Assembly (NCBI GenBank): GCA_024137785.1
Contig: JAHRHZ010000085.1
Location: 2,108,279 to 2,172,278 of the forward strand
Origin: Ginglymostoma cirratum
Taxonomy: Eukaryota
Length of the DNA: 64,000 bases
Reading direction: 5' to 3'
Under the pieces are notes generated by a model. That model did not search any database and had not been told where the DNA came from. It was given only the letters and a program-made list of their open reading frames with translations. The stretch's first letter is position 1; the number at the start of each line of letters is the position of its first letter. The translations under genes and the position numbers were made by a program. Shown one piece after another: positions 13,601 to 25,000 of the stretch.

Positions 13601-16600
13601 AATTGGACTTTCCCGTTCCAATATCATTTTAGGTGTGAATTTCTTCCAAACAAGCTTTGAAGCTTGAATTTGAATGTTAAAATTGTAGAATTATATTCCT
13701 TTAGTTTTTCATTTATATTGCTGAAAACGAAAATAAGCTGTCAAAGCTTTCCACCTTCCATTCATTTGGGCCCATGAAATAATACCAAATTTCAATATGA
13801 CCAAAAGAAACAGTACACATGAGAATTGAATAATAGAAAAATTGTTTGAAGAGAATTGAATAATAGAAACATAGAAATTGTTGGAAAAGCTCAGCAGATC
13901 TGGCAGCATCTATGGAGAGAAATCAGAAGTAACGTTTCAGGTCCAGTTCTGAGGAAGGGTCACTCGACCCCAAACGTTAGTTCTGAATTCTCTCCACAGG
14001 TTCTGCCAGTCCTGCTGAGCTTTTCCAGCAATTTTTATTTTTGTCTCTGATTTACAGCATCTGCAGTTCTTTCCATTTTTACATGAGGACGGATGCTGAT
14101 TGTTTAACAAGTCAATGTTAATTTGGCAGTCCTGTATTTCTACTGATGAGTTGAACATGAAAAGCTTTGACAGCATGTCTTTCTTTCCCATCTCTGAGCA
14201 TTATCTTTCACTCTGTCTTTCTCACTGAATATTGGATGGAATATTACCTACTTTCCTGGACGAGCACAACTGCAACAACATTTAAGAAGCTTAACACCAT
14301 CCAGAACAAAGCAACCGCTTGACTGACATCACATCCACAAACATTCAGTCACTCTCCTACCGAAGCTCGGTAGCATTGATGCATACAATTTGCAAGATAC
14401 ATTGCAGAAATTTATTTAATGTCCTTAGACAGCGCCTTCCAAACCCACACCACTTCCATCTTGAAGGATAAGGGCAGGAGTTAAATAGACGCACCACAAC
14501 CTTCTAGCTTCCGTCCAAGCCACTCACCATCCAGACTTGGAAATATATCACTGCTTCTTCACTGCTACCGGGTCAAACTCCTTGAATTCCATCTCTAAGG
14601 AGTTACTTACAGAACACGGACTGCAGCAGTTCAACAAGGCAGCTCACCACCACCATCTCAACGGCAACTGGGGCCAGGCAATATGATGCCCACATCTCAT
14701 GCATGAATAAAATCACAACTCGGCTCGGTCAAGTAGACTGCTTGGCCTGTAATCTGTGGGAAATCAGACACCATGCTCTTGTCCCAGATAACATGTTTTT
14801 CCTACAATACATACTTCAGTTACTCTATTTATAATTTTTTCAACTTGCATAACTACTTTCGATAACTCATTTCTAGCTATTCATATTTCTGTTATTAATT
14901 CCACGTCTTCATCAATTTCTGAGAAAGTAACTTCCTTGTAACTTCCCGAGAATAACCTTGAGACTTTTCTACCTGTATTAATTTTAGACCCCGCGCAATG
15001 TCCTCAGATTTGTGTTGTCAATTTCTGCTTCCAGTAGGTACCAGTCCGTCTAACACACGATACATTGCTATTGAAGTAGTGTACGCTTTAAGGTTCACGA
15101 CCAATCCAAGCCCTAGAACCTCCTCCATTTTGAAAACACATTTCCTATTATTTTAAAAGATTACGCCCGCGAAAAGCCTGCAATGTATCGTCGTGTGATA
15201 GGAATGAGCAATTTCATGTCAAGATTGCCTTCTGTCAGGGTAAATGATTTGACGGGCGATATCCAACAGGACAGTTTAAAATTAACAGAACAAAACATCA
15301 ATACATCAATTCAAAGGAACAAGGCATGACACAAAAAAAGCACGAAGGAAAGATTTTATCGCTTCGATTTGTCTTGGGATATATTTTTAATTTCACTCCA
15401 GTTTTCATGCGCTGCAGTCTAATTGGTATTGCTAACTTTACAGTTTTCATGCATACACGAAGTTAGTAAATTGTTGATAATTATTGATTTGTCGTAAGTT
15501 CTATCTCAAAAATCTTCCCAGCTACATTCATTAATCTTACAGGCATTGGCATTAATTCTGACATTTTGGCGATTGGGTGCGCAGTCAGCGGATTCGTCTG
15601 TCTCGTGCTGGGGGCCGTCATTGGAAAGCGATGCAAGTCACGTTCGTGCAAAGGTAAAGAGCTCTGTGTTTACTTAGTTTTAAGGTTTTCGATCAGTTAA
15701 AAAGGAAATGTTATTGTCAGTGGCTCCTAACTCGAATCTAAAAAAAATCTTTCTCATCTTAATCGGGACTCGATCATTGGATGACACACTACTAACATGA
15801 ATGAATACTTTAAAATGTCCTTTTAATGTTATCACCAATTTCCTGTTTATACTGAAGTATGGGTACAATTCGGAATCCAAAATTATGAGCAGCTAGTGAT
15901 TCTAATGAATAATGTTTACGTATAATTATGAACCAAGACGATATGCCTCATAGAAGTTGAACGTATCGGTGCCTCTCATTTGGACTGTAAAAAGAAAGTA
16001 AAGTCTTGCAATTTCTATTCCCAATGCATAGGGACAAATCAAGATGCACCTCGACCATGCGAAGAAACGGTACGTCCATATATGTAACACCCTTTTAAGA
16101 GCATGTTAATTATTTTGCATTATGGAAACAAACTGTAATTTTCTCGTGTGTCCATCTTCTTTCTGTTGTAGCCATAAGAATTAGAGGTGGGGAGAAAAGA
16201 CATTGACACTAATCTCCATTGTCAGTAGGTTCATTGAATACTAGAGTAAAAGCAATGTGATGCAAGACATCTCAATTAAGTCAGAAAGTGTTGGAGAAAC
16301 TCAGCAAGTATGGCAGCACTGGTGGATAGAGAAACAAGGTTAGCCAAAGACAATATGACTCTTTATGAGATAACAAGCATGGGGCTGGATGAACACAGCA
16401 GGTCAAGCAGCATCATAGGAACAGGAAAACTTGACGTTTCGGGCCTAAACCTTTTATCTCTGATACAATNNNNNNNNNNNNNNNNNNNNNNNNNNNNNNN
16501 NNNNNNNNNNNNNNNNNNNNNNNNNNNNNNNNNNNNNNNNNNNNNNNNNNNNNNNNNNNNNNNNNNNNNNNNNNNNNNNNNNNNNNNNNNNNNNNNNNNN

Positions 16601-19600
16601 NNNNNNNNNNNNNNNNNNNNNNNNNNNNNNNNNNNNNNNNNNNNNNNNNNNNNNNNNNNNNNNNNNNNNNNNNNNNNNNNNNNNNNNNNNNNNNNNNNNN
16701 NNNNNNNNNNNNNNNNNNNNNNNNNNNNNNNNNNNNNNNNNNNNNNNNNNNNNNNNNNNNNNNNNNNNNNNNNNNNNNNNNNNNNNNNNNNNNNNNNNNN
16801 NNNNNNNNNNNNNNNNNNNNNNNNNNNNNNNNNNNNNNNNNNNNNNNNNNNNNNNNNNNNNNNNNNNNNTGCTGAGTTTCTCCTGTACTTTCTGGCTGTA
16901 TATCATCAAATTCGGGAATTATTTTGACCAAACATTATGAGAATTCATGTTCTAAATATGTGTAAAATAGCTAAGACTAAGCAACACACATGAACATCAG
17001 CATGACTGAAATTGTGGAAAGCCCTTTATAATCATTATGGCCCATCACTTAACGAAAAGTACAAGACTGTAATTTTAAGATTGCATTCAAGATCTTACTT
17101 CACTTCCAGACACCTTTCAGGTAACTCGATTAATAGTGTAGTTTTGGCATGCAATTGAAATCGAGCAGATGTAGTATTTTATTGGGCATACTGCTATTCG
17201 CTTTAACTGGAAATTTAATGCCATGCATATCACCTGGTGCAGATATAGCATGGCAAGTGACAACATTTAAAACTTTTTGAAAAGATTTGCAGCTTGGGTT
17301 CTGGATAAGGTTGTAGACATGCTCGCCGAGCCAGTAGGTTTGTTTGCAAATGTGTCGTCACACTGGTAAGTAACAGCGCCAGTATGCCTCCGGTGAAGCA
17401 TCGATGTTCTGTCCCACTTGTTATTTACATGCCTCAGTTTGCTGGGGTGATTGGTATTCCCTCCATGACTGTTTCTCAGTGGTTTATACGCACGGACTAA
17501 TTCAATGTGTTTGTTGATGGAGACTGACAATACGGATACATGAACACCAACTAGCCACCAATAGACATGACAAATTCTCACTTGTCTCACCACAACATGG
17601 ACAATGAGAGGCACGAATTTGACTGGGACAACACATCCATAATCGCACAAGCCAAACAGAGCCGTGCCAGGGAATTCCCGGATGCCTGGTATTCCAACCC
17701 GAACTCCATCAACATTCAATTAGACCCTGCGTACAAACCGCTGAGAAACAGAACCAGAAGTATTACAAACCAGCCCAGCAAACCGAGACATATAAATAAC
17801 CAATGGGACAGAACATCGATGCTTCACCGGAGGCATACTGGCGATGTTACATAGCAGGGTGATGAAATGTATGCTACCAAACCTACCGGCTCGGCGACCA
17901 TGTCCACAACCTCTACATTAAAAATCTCAGATTGAAGCAGTCTATATCCAACACCAAGTGCTGTCAAACAAATTAAAATAAAACTTTCAGCTAGGTGACA
18001 GAGAAAGGAAGGAAGTCGTGTGTTTGAGAATGGGGAGACAATCACCTCGTGTTATTGTTGCTGGACTGGACTTTTAAGCCAGAGGCCCAGATAATGTTCT
18101 GGAGACCCAGTTTTGAATCCTGCCATTGCAGATGGTGGAATTTGAATTCATTTTTTTTTAAATCTGGAAGTAAGAGTCTGATGATTATTATGAATGCATT
18201 GATGAGTGTCAGGAAATAAAAACAAACATTTGGTTCACTAATGTCCGATAGGGAAGGAAACTGCCATCCTTACTTAGCCTGGCCTACATGTGACTTTCAA
18301 CCTACAGTTGACTCCTAAATGCCCTCTGGGCAAACTGGGGATGGGCAATAAATGCTGGCTTAACCAGCAATGCCCTCATCCCATGAATGAATTTTAAAAA
18401 TAAAACGGATAGAGGGAGAGAAAGCAAAAACGGAGGTCAGAAGGATGGTTGGAACAATCCCAACCGATTAGTAAACTGTGTGCAAAGTTTCAGCAGTGAT
18501 GTCAATTTTTGTTCTCTGTCAGCAAAGAACAGCTTTGAGTACTCATTTTAGTGATACTTAGTTTACAGATATTTCATCATGCTTGTCAATATTCTGGCAT
18601 ATATTTCTCTAAGGAGGTACTTCCAGAGCATTTGCAGATTTGTGGGCTGGTCAAATAATGAAACAATTCATGAAATCAGATTTCAGTATTATCAGCTGTA
18701 TCAGTTGATAGCACACCATGAAGTAAAACACAGGCCTACAAATTTGCACTGAAACAATGTGGATTAACTGAAGTAAACATGAAGAAATATATGAAGGGAA
18801 AAAAATAACAGCTTACAGAGACAAACAGGCAAGGTAAAACATTGACAATATTGATGATAATATTCATAAATGAATCCATCTGCAACATTAATGTTATTTA
18901 GAGAAAAGAAGAATTTTTATGCATACAACCTTTCATTTAGTGTCAGCATCGCTGCAAGGTAAGCATTTTCTGTCCGTCTAAGTTGTCCTTGAATAGGTGG
19001 TGGTGAACCATATTCTTGTTATGCTGCATACAGTGGTACTTAGGTACAGGGAGACTGCACTTTTGAAGGGAGTTTGAGGATTCTGACTCAGTGATATACA
19101 GGGATGTACAAGGATTTCACGTTGACATAAGGAGGGAAGATGTGTTGGGTAGGCTAAAGGATATTAAGGTGGACAATTCCCCAGGACCGGATGGGATCTA
19201 TCCCAGGATGCTGAGGGAGGCAAGAGAGGAAATAGCTGGGGCCCTGACAGATATCTTTGCAGCATCCTTAAACACAGGTGAAGTGCCGGAGGACTGGAGA
19301 GTTGCTAATGTTGTCCCCCTGTACAAGAAGGGTAGTAGGGATATTCCAGGTAACTATAGACCAGTAAGCCTGACGTCAGTGGTGGGAAAGTTGCTGGAGA
19401 AGGTACTGAGGGATAGAATCTATTTATATTTGGAAAAGAATGGGCTTATCAGTGATAGGCAACATGGTTTTGTGCAGGGGAGATCATGCCTTACTAACTT
19501 AATAGAGTTCTTTGAGGACGTGACCAAGTTGATAGATGAAGGAAGGGCTGTAGATGTCATCTACATGGACTTTAGTAAGGCGTTTGATAAGGTTCCCCAT

Positions 19601-22600
19601 CGTAAACTAATGGAGAAAGTGAAGTCACATGGTGTGCAGGGTGTTCTAGCTCGGTGGATAAAGAACTGGTTGAGCAACAGGAGACAGAGAGTATTAGTTG
19701 AAGGGAGTTTCTTGAAATGGAGAAAGGTGACCAATGGTGTTCCACAGGGATCAGTGCTGGGGCCACTGTTGTTTGTGATATACATAAATGATCTGGAAGA
19801 GGGCATAAGTGGTCTGATCAGTAAGTTTGCAGATGACACAAAGATTGGGGGAGTAGCAGAAAGCATAGGGGATTGTCAAAGAATACAGGAGAATATAGAT
19901 AGACTGGAGAGTTGGGCGGAGAAGTGGCAGATGGAGTTCAATCTGGGCAAGTGTGAGGTGATGCATTTTGGGATGTCTAATTCTAGAGCAAACTATACTG
20001 TAAACGGAAGGAAAAGTTGATGAGCAGAGAGATCTGGGAGTTCAGGTCCATTGTACCCTGAAGGTGGCTGCACAGGTGGATAGAGTGGTCAAGAAGGCAT
20101 GTGGTATGCTTGCCTTCATCGGATGGGGTATTGAGTATAAGAGCTGGCAGGTCATGTTAAAATTGTACAAGACTTTGGTTCGGCCGCATTTAGAATACTG
20201 TGTACAGTTCTGGTCGCCACATTACCAAAAGGATGTGGAAGCTTTGGAGAGGGTACAGAGAAGGTTTACGAGGATGTTGCCTGGTATGGAAGGTGCTAGC
20301 TATGAAGAGAGGTTGAGTAGGTTAGGATTGTTTTCATTCGAAAAAAGGAGATTGAGGGGGGACCTGATTGAGGTCTTCAAAATCATGAAGGGTGTAGACA
20401 GGGTTGATAGAGATAAGCTTTTTCCCAGGGTGAGGGATTCAATAACGAGGGGTCACGCGTTCAAGGTGAGAGGAGAAAAGTTTAAGGGGGATACACGCGG
20501 AAAGTACTTTACACAGAGGGTGGTAGGTGCCTGGAACGCGTTGCCAGCAGAGGTAGCAGAGGCAGGCATGGTAGATTCATTTAAGGTGCGTCTGGACAGA
20601 TGCATGAGTAGGTGGGGAGCAGAGGGATACAGATCCTTAGGAATTGGGCAATAGGTTTAGACAGTTGATTTGGATCAGTGCTGGCTTGGAGGGCCGAAGG
20701 GCCTGTTCCTGGGCTGTAAGTTTTCTTTGTTCTTTGTTCTTTGTTCTTTGATATAGTTCTAATTCAGACTCCAGTGCAGATAGTGTTGCAAACATTCACA
20801 TATTGCTTTTATCTTTCAAGATAGTAGGAGTCATTGGGGGAGGTGATGGCCTCCCATCAAACTATTATCGCTAGACTGTTAATCCAGATAACATTCAGCA
20901 GACCTGGGTTTGAATCCCACCATGGCAAAAGGTGGAATTGGAATTCAATAAATATCTGGAATTAAGAGTCTAAAGATGACCTTTAGGGAAGGAAACCGCC
21001 ATCCTTGCCTGGTCTGGCCTACATATGACTCCAGACCCACAGCAATGTGGTTGAGTCTTAACTACCCTCTTGGCAATTAAGGTTGGGCAGTAAATGCTGC
21101 CTAGCCAGCAAAACCCTCATCCTATGAATGAATGAATAAATGAACAAGATACCTCCATGAGTTGCAACAGTGCTTTTTCAGATGGTATATTGGTAGTGGT
21201 GAGATTGAAGATTTACGGTGGTGTATTGGTTGAAAATCATGCAGGCTGCTTCAGAATGTATGGAGCTTTGTGTGTACTAGAGCTGTACCTACCCATGGCG
21301 CAGTGAGTATCATCAAGGTCTCAATCTGTGATTTTTATGTAGCAGGCAGGTTTGGGGAAGTGTAAAGTAAGTGGTTCAATACTGGCCAATTACCAGCTCA
21401 GGCTTGAATATTATCCAGTATGGACATGGACTGTTTCAGTAAATAAGCATCATGACTGGTCAAGAGCTCTGTGCATTCAGCCAGAACATTCCACCTCCTA
21501 GACTTATTGTGGAGTTAAGGTCATTATTGAAGAAGCTCAAAATGATTCCACCCATGACTCTAATCTTAGCAACTGATGCAGTGATGGCCTGAGACTAAGG
21601 TGACTGCTGTCCAACAACCACAGCCATCTTTGCTTGTGTTAGACATAATTAGCAGACAGTGCATTCCCTCACTTCTATTGACTTAGTTTTAGCAGACGTC
21701 AAACACAGTTAAATGTTACTTTGATGTAAAGTGCAGTCATTCTCACCTCAGCTCCTCAGCTTGCCTCATTTGCCCATCCACGAAGGCTTTAATGAGATCA
21801 GTGGCTGAGTTGCTCTGGCAGTACTGGGTAATCGTGACAGCTGTTTTGACTGTGTGAGCGTTGTTTTATAACACTTTATAACGCTGGACTCATTCTGGAG
21901 ATCAGTCTGACAGACAGTTTATCAGCCAGGTTAAATTTGTCCTGCCTTCTGTTGACACGATGTAAGTGGAATATTTTTCAGGGGGATGCCAGTATTTTAC
22001 CTGTACTGAAACAACTGACTGATTGTGCAACCAACGTGGGAGCCCCTTTTTCTCATTGTATTAACCAAAATTTTGTATTGCATCGGCTCAAAAACGCAGC
22101 TCACCTGAAAGGCAACCAAGGGTGGGGAAAAGTACTGATTCAGTGATTGGTGCTCACATCTCATGAGTGAATGTATTTTTTAAAATGTCAGGGCACATAG
22201 CCTTTGAGTAAATCAAGAGCCAACAATGGTCTTATCAGGCTTAAACAATTTCAGTCTCTGGGTCTCTAGGTTCGGTCTCTGGAATTAGGTGCCACCTTCT
22301 CCTGTTTCTTCATCTTGTCTCACAGAAAGACTGTTCAGTCCACAAAAAGTTTTGTCAATAAGTTGGAGTTATGTGACTGCAGACATCAGTAATAAATTAA
22401 GACAGCTGTTATCACCCTCAGTCAGTGTTGTGAGAATCAGGAAACAATGAATATCATACAAGTTAGACCAAGGAGACATAAGTGGGAATGCATAATATAC
22501 GTGGACAAAGATACCCAAAACCATAAAACTGAGTAGTGGGCAGGGAGCAAAATGACTCAAAATATATTAAGGCTGAGTTGAGAATCAGTGGATAGAAGAT

Positions 22601-23515
22601 GAAATGACTGACTATAGGTTCTCAGATAGCGTGAGATTTTCGTGTATAAAAGAAAGAAAGAACAGGGCATCAATATAACACCTACTCACAGTTAGGAAAT
22701 AGTGATTGATATATCCACTGCCATTCTGCAGCGTCATGTAGGAAGGTTTTGGTTGCACAAAATTAATAAATATGTTTTGATCACGAATGGAAGTCATATT
22801 TAACAATTTATTGTCCAAGGTTTTGTAAGCTCCCCATGGAAGGTAATGGTTTAACTTAAAAGACAAAAAAAAACTTAATGGAATAAAAACACAATGAGAC
22901 ATAACCTGCTTTAACCTTGTGTGCAAGGACGCGACTCTAAGCCAGCAATCCCTAAGTTTAATAAAAACAAATCTGAGTAAAAAAAGCACATGACTGTTGA
23001 AATACTGACAATAACAGATTCTCTTTTGTTTCTGGCTCTGGATATACCTGAATTTATGTATTAAGCATTAACTAAATGATAAATCTACCCTCATGCGCCA
23101 ATAATGTAGGCTGCATTTTAGGACTCATCAAGTACTTCGTTCTAAAAGATTTCATGTTGTTTGGTGCAATTATAAACTGTAATAATGTTCTACTTTCAAC
23201 ATAAATATCACATTAGTTAAATTCGTTCCAGTTACATTTAGACCGGCATCATATTATGATCAATAGCTTGCAACCAAAATCTTTAACTTTTACATTTAAT
23301 GATCTGAAAGCTAATATGAAATATTGTTGGACTTAAAGCATTCTGAATCGTTACAGACACTGGAAGTAACCGAAGATAGCAACCTGGGTTATGCAGCTCT
23401 CAATATGTTTAGTTCGGAGAAAAGATGGACGCACAGACAACAGGAAAATTGTACACATTACGCTGCAATTAAGACAGGCATGGATGCTGTGCGCGATTCG
23501 TCCGCTGAAATTTAG
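7563..23515 (+). CDS. Six-exon inhibitory IgSF receptor: leader-VJ-C1-TM-ITIM/ITSM (NCR3/SIRP/VJC1-like, non-rearranging). join(7563..7608,7760..8077,10387..10698,15543..15653,16032..16069,23357..23515), 327 aa
   Basis: Manual splice reconstruction: all introns are GT-AG, phases are 1,1,1,1,0, and exon lengths sum to 984 nt = 327 codons + TAG with no internal stop. Domain motifs are recognisable in the V, C1, TM and tail exons. Confidence 0.88.
7760..8077 (+). CDS. Exon 2, V-set Ig domain with germline-encoded J-like G strand
   Basis: AFCYSHIQVSQKP...NVTITC...VFWWK...LIDIRLNDAGVYFCGV...SNGTGTTLVVY contains the B-strand Cys, C-strand Trp, DxGxYxC and GxGTxLxV. Acceptor TTTGAAAG, donor GTAAGT. 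Confidence 0.95.
8393..8960 (-). mobile_element. Young CR1 LINE 3' end in intron 2
   Basis: Open 142-aa frame [41 protein letters not shown] and a (TTCTATG)n tail. Confidence 0.92.
9076..9172 (+). mobile_element. Short Penelope terminal-repeat insertion with hammerhead core (9080-9107)
   Basis: CTGAAGA-AGGGTCTCGACCC-GAAACGTC; TGGAAACAATGT is repeated on both sides. Confidence 0.75.
9815..10195 (-). mobile_element. tRNA-derived SINE (HE1/V-SINE-like)
   Basis: On the minus strand: A-box/B-box-like head (GTGGTTAG...GTTCGATTC) followed by the TGTGTGGAGCTTGCACATTCTC core. Related copies lie at 49455-49785 (-) and 52025-52810 (+). Confidence 0.8.
10387..10698 (+). CDS. Exon 3, C1-set Ig domain
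   Basis: NPPSTPTIL...LHLVCETVDFYPAAITFNWYKN...GLYRAFSTL...SYICLVSHSA carries the LxC, FYP, W and YxCxVxH C1 signature. Acceptor TTTACAG, donor CAG|GTAGGG; 312 nt, phase 1-1. Confidence 0.93.
11005..13250 (-). mobile_element. Decayed CR1 LINE (ORF1 esterase-like and ORF2 endonuclease region, plus 3' tail)
   Basis: EGEQPEIIVHTG...EVLQREF (ORF1 SGNH-like), LGNSDHDSMNFKI...LNWRR (endonuclease), and a CTATGTTTCTAT tail near 11005. Confidence 0.8.
13872..14078. mobile_element. Palindromic terminal-repeat derivative of a second Penelope-like family
   Basis: Inverted arms (GGAAAAGCTCAGCAG... / ...CTGCTGAGCTTTTCC) flank CTGAGGAAGGGTCACTCGACCCCAAACGTT. Relatives lie at 24100-24230 and 35772-35905. 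Confidence 0.7.
14225..14715 (+). mobile_element. 3' end of a second LINE family (CR1/L2 group)
   Basis: Homologous to 51400-51895; ends in ...GCCCACATCTCATGCATGAATAAA. Confidence 0.7.
15543..15653 (+). CDS. Exon 4, transmembrane exon GIGINSDILAIGCAVSGFVCLVLGAVIGKRCKSRSCK
   Basis: Acceptor CTTACAG, donor AAG|GTAAAG; 111 nt, phase 1-1. About 21 uncharged residues are followed by a basic stop-transfer sequence. Confidence 0.9.
16032..16069 (+). CDS. Exon 5, short cytoplasmic linker GTNQDAPRPCEET
   Basis: Acceptor CATAG, donor ACG|GTACGT. It converts phase 1 to phase 0, which is exactly what is needed to join exon 4 to exon 6. Confidence 0.78.
16470..16870. other. Assembly gap (401 N) in intron 5
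   Basis: Run of N directly after a young Penelope terminal repeat (16369-16452, - strand). Confidence 0.99.
17309..17911. mobile_element. Penelope-like fragment with ~210-bp inverted repeats
   Basis: Arms 17309-17522 and 17704-17911 are reverse complements. The centre encodes the GIY-YIG C-terminal-like peptide HEFDWDNTSIIAQAKQSRAREFPDAWYS...IN. Confidence 0.8.
18032..18400 (+). mobile_element. tRNA-derived SINE with Deu-like core (SacSINE1-like)
   Basis: B-box-like GTTTTGAATCC, GGAAGGAAACTGCCATCCTTAC core and a LINE-type tail ending in ATGAATGAA. Other copies lie at 20836-21140 and 57040-57240. Confidence 0.7.
19091..20750 (+). mobile_element. Young 5'-truncated CR1 LINE with near-intact reverse transcriptase, in intron 5
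   Basis: 309-aa and 196-aa frames (SPGPDGIYP, YRPVSLTS, DFSKAFDKV, GVPQGSVLGP, FADD) separated by one frameshift at ~20010; (TTCTTTG)n tail. Confidence 0.95.
20836..21140 (+). mobile_element. tRNA-derived Deu-like SINE
   Basis: Same head, core and tail as 18032-18400. Confidence 0.75.
21150..22180. mobile_element. Decayed LINE (second family) fragments, mostly - strand
   Basis: Similar to 53310-54535 and to the reverse complement of 50600-51895. Confidence 0.55.
23357..23515 (+). CDS. Exon 6, cytoplasmic tail with ITIM (LGYAAL) and ITSM (THYAAI)
   Basis: Acceptor TTACAG, phase 0; TLEVTEDSNLGYAALNMFSSEKRWTHRQQENCTHYAAIKTGMDAVRDSSAEI*. Confidence 0.88.
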   Translation, partial: TLEVTEDSNLGYAALNMFSSEKRWTHRQQENCTHYAAIKTGMDAVRDSSAEI

Positions 23516-24239
23516 TAGTCAAATGATCTGCGATCCCACCGGCAGTATGTGAATTCTTGTAGAATCCTGAAGTGTATTCTTGTTAATACTGATACTAGAT
23601 TCATGGACTGAATAATGTGAAACAAGGACCATGGTTTTCCTTTTTTCCGATCTGTTAGACGATGTAATAATGATAATTTTCTTGATTCATTTATAATGTA
23701 CTATTACTTGAACTTGCATTATGTGTGTTTCTGCATCACTCAACCAAAGCAATGTAACAAGTATTTTGAAGAACTGATATTTTAAGGGCTCATGCTGTAT
23801 ATTTGGGTGCAGTATGATCACGTCATTCCATTCAAAGTGTGTTTCTTTTGTTCAGCATACTTCTTTTGTTGTATTTGCTTACATTAACATAGCTCACATA
23901 TTGTCAGTCTCTTCGTTTGAAGTAGGACTACCTGGAAATTTAATTTTTGCTCTTTTTGATATATGAACCATAACATCATAAACAATATACTCCACATTGG
24001 TTTTCAATACGTCAGCATATATGCCAGGAAGAATTGAGGAATTGAAGATATTTAAATATAAAAATACCACACAAGGCCACAAAACAGAGGGATCAGGGTT
24101 CTGAGGAAGGGTCACCGGACCCAAAACGTTAATTCTGTGTTCTCCTCCACAGATGCTGCCATACCTGCTGAGCTTTTCCAGCAGCTTTGTTATTGTTCCT
24201 GATTTACAGCATCCGCAGTTCTTTTGGTTTTTCTTAAGC

Positions 24240-25000
24240 TAGTATTCAGGTTCAGCTGGTAATATAGAGGGAAATTCAATGTTAGCCTTTATTTCAATGG
24301 GAATGTAATATAAACTAATAAGGAGGTTTTGCAAAATCTATTGAGGGTTTCCTAAAACTATACAAACTACTAGTAAGATCACAGATGGAATACTATAAAA
24401 AAAAGGACACAGGAACAGTGTGGATGTGATGGGCTGAAAGCCTTTTTTGCTGCGCTGTAGATCTCTATGACTCCATTTAAGGAAAGATATACTCGCATTA
24501 GTGGTAGTCCAGACAAGGTTCAATAAGCTAATACCAGATATTGGGCTGTGTGGGCGTTGGGTGGGGGGGTGGGGATGTGGGCACAGCTGTCTTATGAAAA
24601 GAGGTTCAGTAATTTGGTCCTGTGTTCATTGGAATTTAGCAAAACAAGAAGTGACTTGACAGGGTTAATGCTGAAAGATTGTTTCCCTTGTGGGACAGTC
24701 CAGGGTTGGAGGGCATAACTTCAGAATAAGGGGTCACACATTTAAGACAGAGGTGAGCAGGAATTTCTCCTCTCAAAGGTTAGTGAATCAGTGGAATACT
24801 TTACCACGGAGGGCTATTGAGGCTGCATGATGAAGTATATTTAAGACTGAGATAGACAGATTTTTAATTAGAAAGATTAAGGGTAAAAAGACAGGAAAAT
24901 ACAGTTGATGATTTTTGAATCAGCCACAATCTCATTGAATGGTGGAGCAGACTTTATGGGCTGAATGTTATACTTCTGTTCCTATGTCTTATGGTTTAAT
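24240..25000 (+). mobile_element. Decayed CR1 3' fragment
   Basis: Similar to the CR1 ORF2 C-terminus and 3' UTR; ends in CCTATGTCTTATGG. Confidence 0.7.

Noticed and set aside
16310-16931. ORFs spanning the poly-X region
   Set aside because: Produced by the N gap.
7563-23515. Assigning a gene symbol (NCR3, SIRPA, PDCD1, IGL or TR)
   Set aside because: The architecture fits none exactly: NCR3 lacks C1, SIRPA has two C1 domains, PD-1 has no C1, and IgL/TCR lack ITIM tails. A phylogeny is needed.
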